A stretch of 64,000 nucleotides of DNA from Thermoplasmatota archaeon (GTDB lineage: Archaea; Thermoplasmatota; Penumbrarchaeia; JASLWR01): the NCBI GenBank assembly GCA_030740765.1, contig JASLWR010000004.1:24873-88872 (forward strand), given 5' to 3'. The notes under the pieces were generated by a model. The model saw only the letters and a list, made by a program, of their open reading frames with translations. It made no database searches and was not told the origin of the DNA. Made by a program: the position numbers and the translations under genes. Positions 38,808 to 48,033 of this stretch are shown one piece after another. The first letter of the stretch is position 1. Every line of letters begins with the position of its first letter.

Positions 38808-39677
38808 ATGTCCGAGCACATAAAAAAAGCTACTCTTGAGTTGCTAAGAAGAGCTGCGACAACGCTGCCCTCTGACATCATGAACACTCTCGCGCGGGCC
38901 TATGAGAACGAAGAATCCGACGCTGCAAAGATGAACCTGAAAGTGATCCTTGATAACGTCAGGATAGCCGGGGAACAATCTTTACCCATGTGCCAGGATA
39001 CGGGCGCGCCAATCTTTTGGATTCATTATCCCAGGTCATATTCTCAGGCTGAGTTACGCAGAAAGATGAACGAAGCCGTGCGAGTTGCTTCCCAAATTCC
39101 ATATCTCCGGCCCAACGCAGTCGATTCCATCACTGGCAAGAATTCCGGGGATAATATCGGTGCAGGCGTTCCGGTATATCATTTCGAAGAATGGGATGAG
39201 AATTATCTGAAGGTTGAACTGATGCTGAAGGGCGGTGGCTCCGAAAACGTTTCTCCCCAGTACAAGTTACCCGATTCATCCCTAGGAGGGGGTCGGAACC
39301 TTGAAGGAGTAAGAAGATGCGTTATCGATGCGGTATTCAAGGCACAGGGATTGGGCTGTGCTCCGGGAGTGATCGGGGTGGCCATCGGCGGGAACCGGGA
39401 CACCGCGTATGCAGCGGCAAAAAAAGCTCTTATGCGGCCTTTCGATGATCAGAATTCCATGCCTGAATTGAACGAACTGGAGCAACGATTATTGAAAGAA
39501 TTGAACGAGCTGGGCATAGGCCCCATGGGCTTTGGTGGAAAGACAACCGTTCTCGCAGTCAAGGCCGTAGCTTTGCACAGGTTGCCCGCCTGTTTCTTCG
39601 TGTCCATCGCATATAACTGTTGGGCTCTTCGCCGCCAGACCATGATCATCAAGGGAGGTGAGGTAAGTTATGACTGA
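38808..39677 (+). CDS. fumA: Class I (Fe-S) fumarate hydratase, alpha subunit
   Basis: 289-aa N-terminal catalytic domain of the split FumA/TtdA family (QDTGAPIFWIHYP, GGGSENVS). Confidence 0.85.
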   Translation: MSEHIKKATLELLRRAATTLPSDIMNTLARAYENEESDAAKMNLKVILDNVRIAGEQSLPMCQDTGAPIFWIHYPRSYSQAELRRKMNEAVRVASQIPYLRPNAVDSITGKNSGDNIGAGVPVYHFEEWDENYLKVELMLKGGGSENVSPQYKLPDSSLGGGRNLEGVRRCVIDAVFKAQGLGCAPGVIGVAIGGNRDTAYAAAKKALMRPFDDQNSMPELNELEQRLLKELNELGIGPMGFGGKTTVLAVKAVALHRLPACFFVSIAYNCWALRRQTMIIKGGEVSYD

Positions 39678-40248
39678 GCTAAGATTACCCACCGATGAAG
39701 CTACCATTAGAGAGCTGAATGTAGGCGATTTCGTCGAGATAACCGGAGTCATGTTCACTGGTCGGGATTCGGCACACTCATTTTTGATGGAAAAGGAACG
39801 AGAAAAATTCAAAGAATTGCTGGAAGGCAGAATAATATATCATTGCGGACCCGTTGTAAAAAAAGTGGATGGTGAATGGAAATTCATATCCGCCGGACCC
39901 ACCACGAGTATCCGTGAAGAGCCGTTCCAGGCCGACGTTTTCAAACGGTACGGTCTCAGAGGCGCACTGGGAAAGGGCGGAATGGGGAAAAAGACCATTG
40001 CCGGATGCAAGGAGTTCGGTGCAGTCTACCTGCATGCCGTGGGCGGTGCCGGAGCGCTGGCGGCGGCCTCGGTAAAACGAGTTAAGAACGTGTATATGCT
40101 CGAGGAATTCGGCGTGCCCGAGGCTTTTTGGGAGATCGAGGTGGAGCGTTTCCCCGCAGTAGTGACGATAGATTCCAAGGGTCGGAGCCTTCACGAGAAA
40201 GTCAGAGCAGATTCCGAAGTGATCTATAAGAAATTGATCGGGATGTAG
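39670..40248 (+). CDS. fumB: Class I fumarate hydratase, beta subunit
   Basis: 192-aa TtdB/FumB-like protein (GRIIYHCGPV, LGKGGMGKKT); overlaps fumA by 8 nt. Confidence 0.85.
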   Translation: MTELRLPTDEATIRELNVGDFVEITGVMFTGRDSAHSFLMEKEREKFKELLEGRIIYHCGPVVKKVDGEWKFISAGPTTSIREEPFQADVFKRYGLRGALGKGGMGKKTIAGCKEFGAVYLHAVGGAGALAAASVKRVKNVYMLEEFGVPEAFWEIEVERFPAVVTIDSKGRSLHEKVRADSEVIYKKLIGM

Positions 40249-40330
40249 AATAAAGATGAATACAATTCTTCTTCATAGTGATACCGCCCGGTTATTTTGA
40301 ATCGCCCTATCGTCAATTCATTCCTGTCAC

Positions 40331-41206
40331 TCATCCCCACTTCTTCAGAAGTTTCTTCATCTTCACGTTGTTCTTGTTGATCAACAACTCTTTGTTGGGG
40401 TCCATTCCAAAGGCTAAACCGAGCATCTGTGATATAAAGAGTACTGGTATGTTGTATTCTACTGCTGCTTCGCTCCCAATAGATTTCTGGTACTCGTCAT
40501 ACATAACGGCGCAGAAAGGGCAGTCAACTATCATAGCATCCGCACCTGCGGCTTTCATGTGATCCAGCTTTTCTCTAGTCATTGCCGTGGGTGTTTCCTC
40601 TTCCACAGCCAACAAAGCAGCACCACAGCACTGGAGCTTATTTTCGTAATTCACAGGCGTAGCTCCTGTGGCCTCGATAAGCTTTTCCATCCCAACCGGG
40701 TGGGCAGGATCCTCGAAATGCTCGTGTATAATGGAGGGCTTCATGTAATGGCAACTGTAATGGGGTGCTATTTTGAAAGGGGCCAATGACCTACTCACGA
40801 GTTCTTTTATCTTTTCCGGCCCCACCGTGATATAGAGCACTTCGGTGAAATGTCTGACCTTTATAGTGCCTTTGTATTCCAGTCTTTCATCTTTCAGAAG
40901 CTTATTCACATCGGATAATGTTTTCAGATCGTTACAGAGCTGGATGTTTATCTTGGTTAGATTGGAGGAACAACTCGGGCAGAGGGTCATAATATCCAGA
41001 CCTGCTTTCTCGGCCAGTGCAAGGTTTCTCGCCGCCATGGCAAAGTTGGTGATCCGGTCCACCTGCGTTAACGGGTAGCCACAACAGGCAAATTCTGATA
41101 GATCAACAAGCTCGATTCCCAGTTTTTTGGCGATGTTCCTAGCGGAAACCTCGTAGTTAAGACTACGGACGGCAACCGTACATCCAAGAAACAGTGCGTA
41201 TTTCAT
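40331..41206 (-). CDS. sdhC: Succinate dehydrogenase / fumarate reductase subunit C, HdrB-like with two CCG domains (type-E SQR or thiol:fumarate reductase type)
   Basis: CCGYP...CPSCSSN and CCGAALL...CPFCAVMY cysteine-rich CCG motifs; no membrane anchor. Confidence 0.75.
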   Translation of the reverse strand: MKYALFLGCTVAVRSLNYEVSARNIAKKLGIELVDLSEFACCGYPLTQVDRITNFAMAARNLALAEKAGLDIMTLCPSCSSNLTKINIQLCNDLKTLSDVNKLLKDERLEYKGTIKVRHFTEVLYITVGPEKIKELVSRSLAPFKIAPHYSCHYMKPSIIHEHFEDPAHPVGMEKLIEATGATPVNYENKLQCCGAALLAVEEETPTAMTREKLDHMKAAGADAMIVDCPFCAVMYDEYQKSIGSEAAVEYNIPVLFISQMLGLAFGMDPNKELLINKNNVKMKKLLKKWG

Positions 41207-42111
41207 TGGGATTCCTCTATTTTATTTAGAATACGTGTACGTTTTATAAGAGCAATGCTCCCCTGAGACGTTGGGGGGATTGGAGGCAGCTTGTATTTCT
41301 CGCGCATGGCTGTCTCGAATTCGCTTATCTCTAAAAGCCGGCCCCGTTTTACCAATTCCTCGACCTGCGTTTTAAAACCTTGATGGATAAAACCCCGCTC
41401 AGTGGCGATCTGCCGCAAGTGATCTCCGGCCTCTCTGACCTTGACTTTCTTGGGACAGAACTCTTCACAGTTATGGCAGTCCGCGCATAACCAGAGCGAC
41501 TCCCCTGTTAATGCTATGAGGGTATCCACACGTTTCGGGCCAAGGTTATCCCTGGGGTCGGAAACGAACCTGTAGCACTTGGCTATTGCGGTTGGTCCCA
41601 TATACCTTTTGTTGATAAGCATGGTTTCGCAAGCCGAAAAGCAAACCCCGCAGAATATGCAGTTCGATGTCGCATCCAGCTCCTTTATTGCAGCGGGCTC
41701 CATACGGAACTCACTACTGGGCAGTTCTTTCTCATAGCCGGTAGAGAGCCATGGTCTGACACCCTTGATCTTGTCCCAGAATATTTCCATGTCCACAACG
41801 AGGTCCTTTATTACTCTCATATTATCGAGAGGTTCCAGAAGTATTTGGCCATTTATTGAAGCTTCGGATATCTGAGTTTTACAGGCTAGTAAGCTTTGAC
41901 CATTTACTTTAATCGCACAAGAGCCACAGATGTTGGATCTGCAGGATCGCCTGAACGTAAAAGAACCATCCTTTTCCTCCTTTATCCTGTGCATGGCATC
42001 GAGTATGGTGGACCCTTTTTTCATATCAATAGCGAAATCCTTGTAATAAGGTCTTTCATCCCTCTCGGGGTTGTACCTAAAAACTTTGAACTTTATTTCC
42101 ATTTCCCACAC
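41203..42111 (-). CDS. sdhB: Succinate dehydrogenase / fumarate reductase iron-sulfur subunit
   Basis: 2Fe-2S CRSNICGSCAIKVNG; 4Fe-4S CIFCGVCFSAC and CADCHNCEEFCP. Confidence 0.85.
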   Translation of the reverse strand: MWEMEIKFKVFRYNPERDERPYYKDFAIDMKKGSTILDAMHRIKEEKDGSFTFRRSCRSNICGSCAIKVNGQSLLACKTQISEASINGQILLEPLDNMRVIKDLVVDMEIFWDKIKGVRPWLSTGYEKELPSSEFRMEPAAIKELDATSNCIFCGVCFSACETMLINKRYMGPTAIAKCYRFVSDPRDNLGPKRVDTLIALTGESLWLCADCHNCEEFCPKKVKVREAGDHLRQIATERGFIHQGFKTQVEELVKRGRLLEISEFETAMREKYKLPPIPPTSQGSIALIKRTRILNKIEESQ

Positions 42112-42114
42112 CTT

Positions 42115-43824
42115 TTAATATTTTCTCTCTTGGGGCTGGAACTTAGTTATATTCACTTTTTTATACTCAAATCTGAGCCCCTCTGGCGTGAACTTTGCAA
42201 GGGTATGTTTTAGCCACTTATTATCATCCCTATGTGGATAGTCGTTTCGGTAATGGGCCCCTCGGCTTTCTTTCCTCGAATAGGCTCCAACAGCAACTAT
42301 CTCTGCTAAAATGAGAAGATTCTCCAGTTCAAGAGCTCCTATCAAGTCTGTGTTATAGACTCTTCCCTTATCCTGAATATTGATATTATTATATCTTTCC
42401 TTAAGCTCACGAATCTTATCGATGGCTCTTTTCATAATTTCTTCGTCTCTGAAGATACCTACGCCAATAGTCATTGCTTCCTGAAGCTCAGTCCTTATCC
42501 CGCTAACGCTCTCGTTGCCATCGTTCTCTAATAACCTGTTTATGCGGTCTAATTCGTCCTTGAATTCAACTGTAGGGAAGGCTTTTAATGAGTGGGTTTT
42601 TGCGTATTTACTCGCATTCTCCCCGCTCCTCTTTCCAAACACAATGGTTTCAAGCAGAGAATTCCCACCGAGTCTGTTTGCACCATGACAGGAAACACAT
42701 GCACACTCCCCTGCAGCAAACATTCCTTCAATCTCGGGCGAAATCCCATTAACGTCCGTGGAGATGCCGCCCATGGTGAAATGGGCTGTGGGCTGGACGG
42801 GTATAGGGTCCTTAATTGGATCCACGCCAACGTAATTCAAACACAATTCGCGAACCTGGGGCAGTCTCTCCATAATCTTTTTCTCACCGATATGTCTCAG
42901 ATCAAGATATACGAAATCCCGGCCATTTATGCCCCTGCCCTCAATGATCTCCGTCCATATTGAACGGGATACCAGATCCCTGGGGCCGAGTTCCATTTTT
43001 TCGGGGGCGTACTTCTTCATGAAACGGTTCGCTTGAATACTTATTGGGGAGTTCAAGTCTAGCTTATCATCGCTCAACAGATAACCGCCCTCACCCCTGC
43101 ACCCTTCGGAGACCAATATTCCCTGCCTGTAAAGACCCGTAGGATGGAACTGGAGGCACTCCATATCCTTGAGAGCCGCACCAGCTTTGAGGGCCAAAGC
43201 CATTCCATCCCCTGTGCAGACATGGGCATTAGAGGTGACCTTGTACATTCTACCAGCCCCGCCAGTGGTCACAATTACTGATTTCGCCCGAACTCCGATG
43301 AATTCCCCACTAGCCTGTTCGTAAGCCACAACACCGCGTACGATTCCATCTATAACAACTATTTTGGTCACAGTCCATTCGTGATAGATTTTAATATCAT
43401 GTTTCATCAATTGCTCGTTAAGTGTCTGAAGGATGAGATGTCCCGTTTTGTCTGCACCGTAGCATGTTCGAGGGAAGCTTTGGCCACCAAATGGCCTTTG
43501 GGCTATCCTACCGTTTACCGTTCTTGAGAATATTGTACCCCAGTGCTCAATCTGGTAGATATTAAAAGGGGCCTCTCTTACAAGAATCTCAGCTGCGTCC
43601 TGGTCACATAGATAGTCAGACCCCTTAACAGTATCGAACCAGTGGCTCTCAATACTGTCTCTCTCGTCAATCACGGCATTTATTCCGCCTTGAGCTGCTC
43701 CAGAGTGAGACCTCACAGGATGAGTTCGGGTTATGATGGCAATATCTGATTCCTTTGAAGCCCCGATTGCAGCTCTCATTCCTGCGAGACCGCCGCCAAT
43801 AACTATTATATCATGTGTGATCAA
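42115..43824 (-). CDS. sdhA: Succinate dehydrogenase / fumarate reductase flavoprotein subunit
   Basis: DIIVIGGGLAGMRAA FAD fingerprint; RSHSGAAQGGINA (covalent FAD His region). Confidence 0.9.
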   Translation of the reverse strand: MITHDIIVIGGGLAGMRAAIGASKESDIAIITRTHPVRSHSGAAQGGINAVIDERDSIESHWFDTVKGSDYLCDQDAAEILVREAPFNIYQIEHWGTIFSRTVNGRIAQRPFGGQSFPRTCYGADKTGHLILQTLNEQLMKHDIKIYHEWTVTKIVVIDGIVRGVVAYEQASGEFIGVRAKSVIVTTGGAGRMYKVTSNAHVCTGDGMALALKAGAALKDMECLQFHPTGLYRQGILVSEGCRGEGGYLLSDDKLDLNSPISIQANRFMKKYAPEKMELGPRDLVSRSIWTEIIEGRGINGRDFVYLDLRHIGEKKIMERLPQVRELCLNYVGVDPIKDPIPVQPTAHFTMGGISTDVNGISPEIEGMFAAGECACVSCHGANRLGGNSLLETIVFGKRSGENASKYAKTHSLKAFPTVEFKDELDRINRLLENDGNESVSGIRTELQEAMTIGVGIFRDEEIMKRAIDKIRELKERYNNINIQDKGRVYNTDLIGALELENLLILAEIVAVGAYSRKESRGAHYRNDYPHRDDNKWLKHTLAKFTPEGLRFEYKKVNITKFQPQERKY

Positions 43825-43891
43825 CTAGAGCACCTAGTTGCATCAATCATATCATCAAGTATAAATTTTATTCGTTAATATTCCAATTCAT

Positions 43892-45433
43892 GTGTCATGG
43901 ATTAGCGGATATTATGGTGTAATTTTGGAAGAAAATTGGGGAATAAATCTACAAAAGAACGATATCATATCCGGTAAATGGGATTCCTATCTTCACCAGT
44001 GGGGGGAAGATCTGGAATCTATTGGGACCGAATGCATTGTCTCATTTGCCCCCCAAATGAACAACTTTTATATGCCATGGGGCGGACAGCCTGAAAGATT
44101 TAAAGATGCATGGGCCAGGGTAGTGGGAATCGTGGAATCGATTGGGAGTTATGCCGAATGGCTCTGGTTGGTATACCATGAGAATATACCGGAAGATATC
44201 GAAACCGCAGATTATTTCCCTGCGGATGGGTCAGTTGATATCGTCGGTACGTGGGGCCGGAACCTGGGAGACACCAAACCCTGGTACTCCTGGCAGGGAT
44301 TCAAGGAATTATTTTCAGAATCTCTCCTTGAATTGAATTCCACCGGGCTTCCCCAGATGGTTTTTGCCGGCTCTACATGGTTCGGTGGAGACAGAACACA
44401 ATGGTTCGGTGATCTGTTCTCGTGGCTGACCAATGAGCATCCGGAGGTTCAATACCTAATACTAATTGATCGCGAGGTAGATGGCTCGGACCTATATTTG
44501 ACCGAGGAACTCTTCAATACTCGTGAGTTCCAGGAAGGGCTTGGAATGTTTAGTGAAAACGGCCAGTATTATCTAGAAGAGATTATAAATAAGTCTACTT
44601 TTACCTGGCCAATTGGCGAATTTCTTATTTTACTTTCAGTAATCATTCTTGTGATGATATTTCTAGGGTTCACATATTTTCTATCAGGTCGTTCAAAAGG
44701 CAATAATGGAAAAAAGATTTACATTTCCATGAAACGTATTATCGAGGAGAACAAGGCCGAACCCATCCCGGATGTTCCGATTATAGACCGGGGATTCCAA
44801 AGTACAATTGATGGTATCTATCTGGCCGGTGAAATAACCGGAACGAATCTTCTCAGACCCTGTATGAAAGAAGGACTGGATGCCATACGGATAATCGCGA
44901 AAAGGATCAAAAAAGAGAACAAGGCGGGTAAAGAGAAAGTGGATAAGAAACAGAAAAAAAAGTTTGACGTTGCGATAATCGGGGGCGGTCCGGCGGGTCT
45001 GGTGGCGGGGATAGAGGCCAAGAAATTGGGACTTGATTATATTGTTCTAGAGAAGGAACATTGGGCCCAAAAAGTACGTCAATATGCTAAAGAAAAGGCA
45101 GTCACAGGAGAGCCCTACGCACTGGAACTGGATTCTCTTTTGGATTTCCCGGATACTGATAGGGAAGCTCTCTTGGAAATGTGGAACAGAGTCCTCAAAG
45201 TTAAAAATATAAATTTATGGGAAAGAGAAGAGACATTGATAGTAAAACGGGGTTTTAAGCTCATCACTGAAAAGGCGACGTATTCTGCAAAATATATTTT
45301 GATAACTGTGGGTGTATCGGGCCCTTTGAACCGTTTGGATGTAGTGGGTGAAGACCTCCCTCACGTACATAGATATCTACCAGAACCGGATAATTATGAG
45401 AATAAAAATATCCTGGTGGTAGGGGGGGGATAA
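43892..45433 (+). CDS. Multidomain membrane protein, upstream part of a frameshifted gene. Glycoside-hydrolase-like N-terminal domain, TM helix, then a pyridine-nucleotide-disulfide (TrxR-like) oxidoreductase domain interrupted at a G8 homopolymer.
   Basis: FAD fingerprint FDVAIIGGGPAGLVAG. The ORF ends ...NILVVGGG* inside the second dinucleotide motif, at a run of 8 G (45422-45429). Confidence 0.6.
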   Translation: MSWISGYYGVILEENWGINLQKNDIISGKWDSYLHQWGEDLESIGTECIVSFAPQMNNFYMPWGGQPERFKDAWARVVGIVESIGSYAEWLWLVYHENIPEDIETADYFPADGSVDIVGTWGRNLGDTKPWYSWQGFKELFSESLLELNSTGLPQMVFAGSTWFGGDRTQWFGDLFSWLTNEHPEVQYLILIDREVDGSDLYLTEELFNTREFQEGLGMFSENGQYYLEEIINKSTFTWPIGEFLILLSVIILVMIFLGFTYFLSGRSKGNNGKKIYISMKRIIEENKAEPIPDVPIIDRGFQSTIDGIYLAGEITGTNLLRPCMKEGLDAIRIIAKRIKKENKAGKEKVDKKQKKKFDVAIIGGGPAGLVAGIEAKKLGLDYIVLEKEHWAQKVRQYAKEKAVTGEPYALELDSLLDFPDTDREALLEMWNRVLKVKNINLWEREETLIVKRGFKLITEKATYSAKYILITVGVSGPLNRLDVVGEDLPHVHRYLPEPDNYENKNILVVGGG

Positions 45434-45452
45434 TGCGATAGAGACCGCAATA

Positions 45453-46877
45453 ATGTTCTCCAAGAAAAATAAGGTCACCATATCCTATAGAAGACCCTAT
45501 TTTACCAGATTGACAAGCATCAATCAGCGTAATATAGAAGAGCTTATAAAGAAGGGAAAAGTACGGGTAATATATGATTCGGTGATAAAAAAAATCGGAA
45601 GGGACAAGGTCATCCTTGAAATCAGGAACATCGGCAACAGAAAAATGAGGTACCACGATGTATTCCTGGAACTGGGTAGACGCCCGAATAAGGAGTTTCT
45701 CACGTCCATTGGTGTAAAGTTCGGGAGCGATCTTACGATAAAAGATAGGATGAGGACTGCATGGAAAAATAAAGTTATTAAGCGAGATGTTATTGGCGGG
45801 ATATTGTTATTTGTTTTCGCATTTTTATTTTACTTTTACATGAAGCGTAGCTCTTATACAAGCCTCCCGGCACCATCGATCGGAGGATATGAACTTTCAT
45901 TTTATTATATTACGATATATACGTTCGGTGTAATGGCGTTGGGTCTCTGGTTCGTTTATAGATTCAGAAAGGCAAGAAACAGGAAATTGATGTTTGTTAG
46001 GATGATATTCATAATGTTGATCCAGCTATCGGTGGGTTATGTTTTTGCGAATCCGTCAGCAAATCCCATTATGAGGCAGTGGACAGGTAATGATTTCTTT
46101 ACCTGGGAGGCTTATCAACTTTCAATTGTCTGGCCATTGGAACTGCAGCCTCTTGTATGGAACTGGTTGGAAATGTCATGGGTAAACTGGGAGTTCTATC
46201 TCGGTTGGGTTGTAATATTTTCTTTTATAGGTGTGCCTGTTGGAGCTTTTTTACTTGGCAAGGGGTTCTACTGTTCGGGAGTGTGCGGCTGCGGAGCCCT
46301 TGCGGAGACTGTTGGAGACCCTTTCAGGAGTAAATCACTTAAGAATAAATTCGCATACAGACTGGAATATTCAAAATATGTGATACTGGGAATCTCCGTG
46401 GTGCTCACCTTCATTATGATCGAGAACGAGATATTTGAGACGAATCCTCAAAGTCCATACTATCATGTTTCGTACCTCGTCTATTGGATATTTATTCTCG
46501 TGTTCTTATCATCGATCATTGGTGTAGGAACGTATCCGTTCCTGTCCGGAAGGACCTGGTGCAGATACTTCTGTCCCATGGCAGCGTTGTTGTCGATATT
46601 TTCCATGATAAGCCCAAACCGTATAGAAACCTATAAAGAGAGATGCATCGGGTGTAACAAGTGTAATGAGAACTGTCAATATGGGATTAACATCAAGGGC
46701 AAGGCACTGCTTGGTAAACCAGTTAGGACGCGGGAATGCGTTCAGTGCGGTGTATGTGAAGCAGTATGCCCGACAGATGCGTTAAGAGCCCAATTTACAA
46801 TATACAGGCGGAAAAAGGGGGTGGTTCCAAGTGAAAGTTCCTACAAACCGTACAGACATTTCGGGGGTTTGAGGTGA
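45453..46877 (+). CDS. Downstream part of the same gene: rest of the TrxR-like domain fused to a NapH/MauN-like polytopic membrane polyferredoxin
   Basis: In the +1 frame the sequence reads DNAIETAIMFSKKNKVTISYRR, continuing the NAD motif. About 6 TM helices. CSGVCGCG. Two 4Fe-4S motifs, CIGCNKCNENCQ and CVQCGVCEAVCP. Confidence 0.6.
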   Translation: MFSKKNKVTISYRRPYFTRLTSINQRNIEELIKKGKVRVIYDSVIKKIGRDKVILEIRNIGNRKMRYHDVFLELGRRPNKEFLTSIGVKFGSDLTIKDRMRTAWKNKVIKRDVIGGILLFVFAFLFYFYMKRSSYTSLPAPSIGGYELSFYYITIYTFGVMALGLWFVYRFRKARNRKLMFVRMIFIMLIQLSVGYVFANPSANPIMRQWTGNDFFTWEAYQLSIVWPLELQPLVWNWLEMSWVNWEFYLGWVVIFSFIGVPVGAFLLGKGFYCSGVCGCGALAETVGDPFRSKSLKNKFAYRLEYSKYVILGISVVLTFIMIENEIFETNPQSPYYHVSYLVYWIFILVFLSSIIGVGTYPFLSGRTWCRYFCPMAALLSIFSMISPNRIETYKERCIGCNKCNENCQYGINIKGKALLGKPVRTRECVQCGVCEAVCPTDALRAQFTIYRRKKGVVPSESSYKPYRHFGGLR

Positions 46878-47022
46878 GTTTTAATGTACGAGAAAATCTC
46901 GATTGGTGATATTCCAATGATAGACTACTTGATATGATGAAACGTATTGGTAAAGGTGGTATCGTATTAATATAATCGAAGAGAAGCTCAGAACCTCTCC
47001 AAGAGAATCGGAAAATGCTGGG

Positions 47023-47337
47023 GTGAAAGAATGTCAAGGTGTGGAGGGATCGGATGATGAAAGATTGAAGAAAATCTGCGGCCTATCTGAAAAGAGATCA
47101 TCCCATAATATGTGGAGACCGATTATCCTGTTCGGCGTGATAATTCTTTTATTTGTTGTCTCGAGATCATTGAACTTTGAGGGAAAAATCCTCGAAATGC
47201 GAGATTGGATCCATTCTCTTGGGATACTCGGCCCCTTTCTATTCACAGTGGTCTACATAACAGCCACCATAACTGCAGTACCTGGAACGATCATGACCAT
47301 TGCCGCAGGATCCGTTTTCGGGTCTCTAGTGTCTTGA
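47023..47337 (+). pseudogene. DedA/TVP38 (SNARE-associated) family membrane protein, truncated after ~104 aa
   Basis: DedA-type N-terminal region ends ...IAAGSVFGSLVS* well short of full length; the IS630 remnant follows immediately. Confidence 0.5.
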
Positions 47338-47387
47338 CAACTTAATTAATAGACATCCTTTATAAACCAACAATCTATTATGTTGTC

Positions 47388-47930
47388 ATGGACAGAATTT
47401 CATTTACTGAAGAAGAAATAAAGTACCTCACCGATTTTGTAAAAAGAGGTCGGAAAAGCGCAAGAGAATTGACCAGAGCCCGTATTTTGTTACTAATACA
47501 CGATGGCAAAACAGAGATGGAGATAAAAGAAATATTGCGTATCTGTAGGGCAACCGTTTCCAACACCAAGAAGAGATATCGTGAAGGAGGTCTTGAAATT
47601 GCTCTTTCGGAGAAGCCAAGATCTGGTCAGCCAAGAAAATACACCAATGTACATGAAGCCGAGATTATTGCGATGGCGTGTACAGACTCACCAAAAGGCC
47701 GTAAGAGATGGACCATTCGACTCTTGACTGAGCGAATGAAACGGCGGAAGTGCTTTAAGACACTCAACCGAGAAAGCGTTCGTCTAATTTTAAAAAAAGC
47801 AAAACTCGACCTTGGTCGAAAAGAATGTGGTGCATTTCAGAAATAAACCAGGAGTATCGAGAACGGATGTATGATATTCTTGAGTTGTATGAAAAAACTA
47901 GGTTTTTATGAGAATTCAAACACCCCACCA
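47388..47930 (+). mobile_element. IS630-family transposase remnant: N-terminal HTH region, frameshift, short continuation, then truncation (no DDE domain)
   Basis: Typical IS630 N-terminus ARILLLIHDGKTEMEIKEILRICRATVSNTKKRYREGGLEIALSEKPRSGQPRKYT...RKRWTIRLL. After the stop at 47846, another frame reads EYRERMYDILELYEKTRFL*, which matches the IS630 MEDVLxxYE region. Confidence 0.65.
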
Positions 47931-48033
47931 TCTGCCGGAAAGTTCCCCAAGACGAAAAAAGATTTTAAAAATGTAATAAAATTTTCTTATGATTCCACCC
48001 TAAATTTTTACGCTTATTTTTAAATAATATAGA

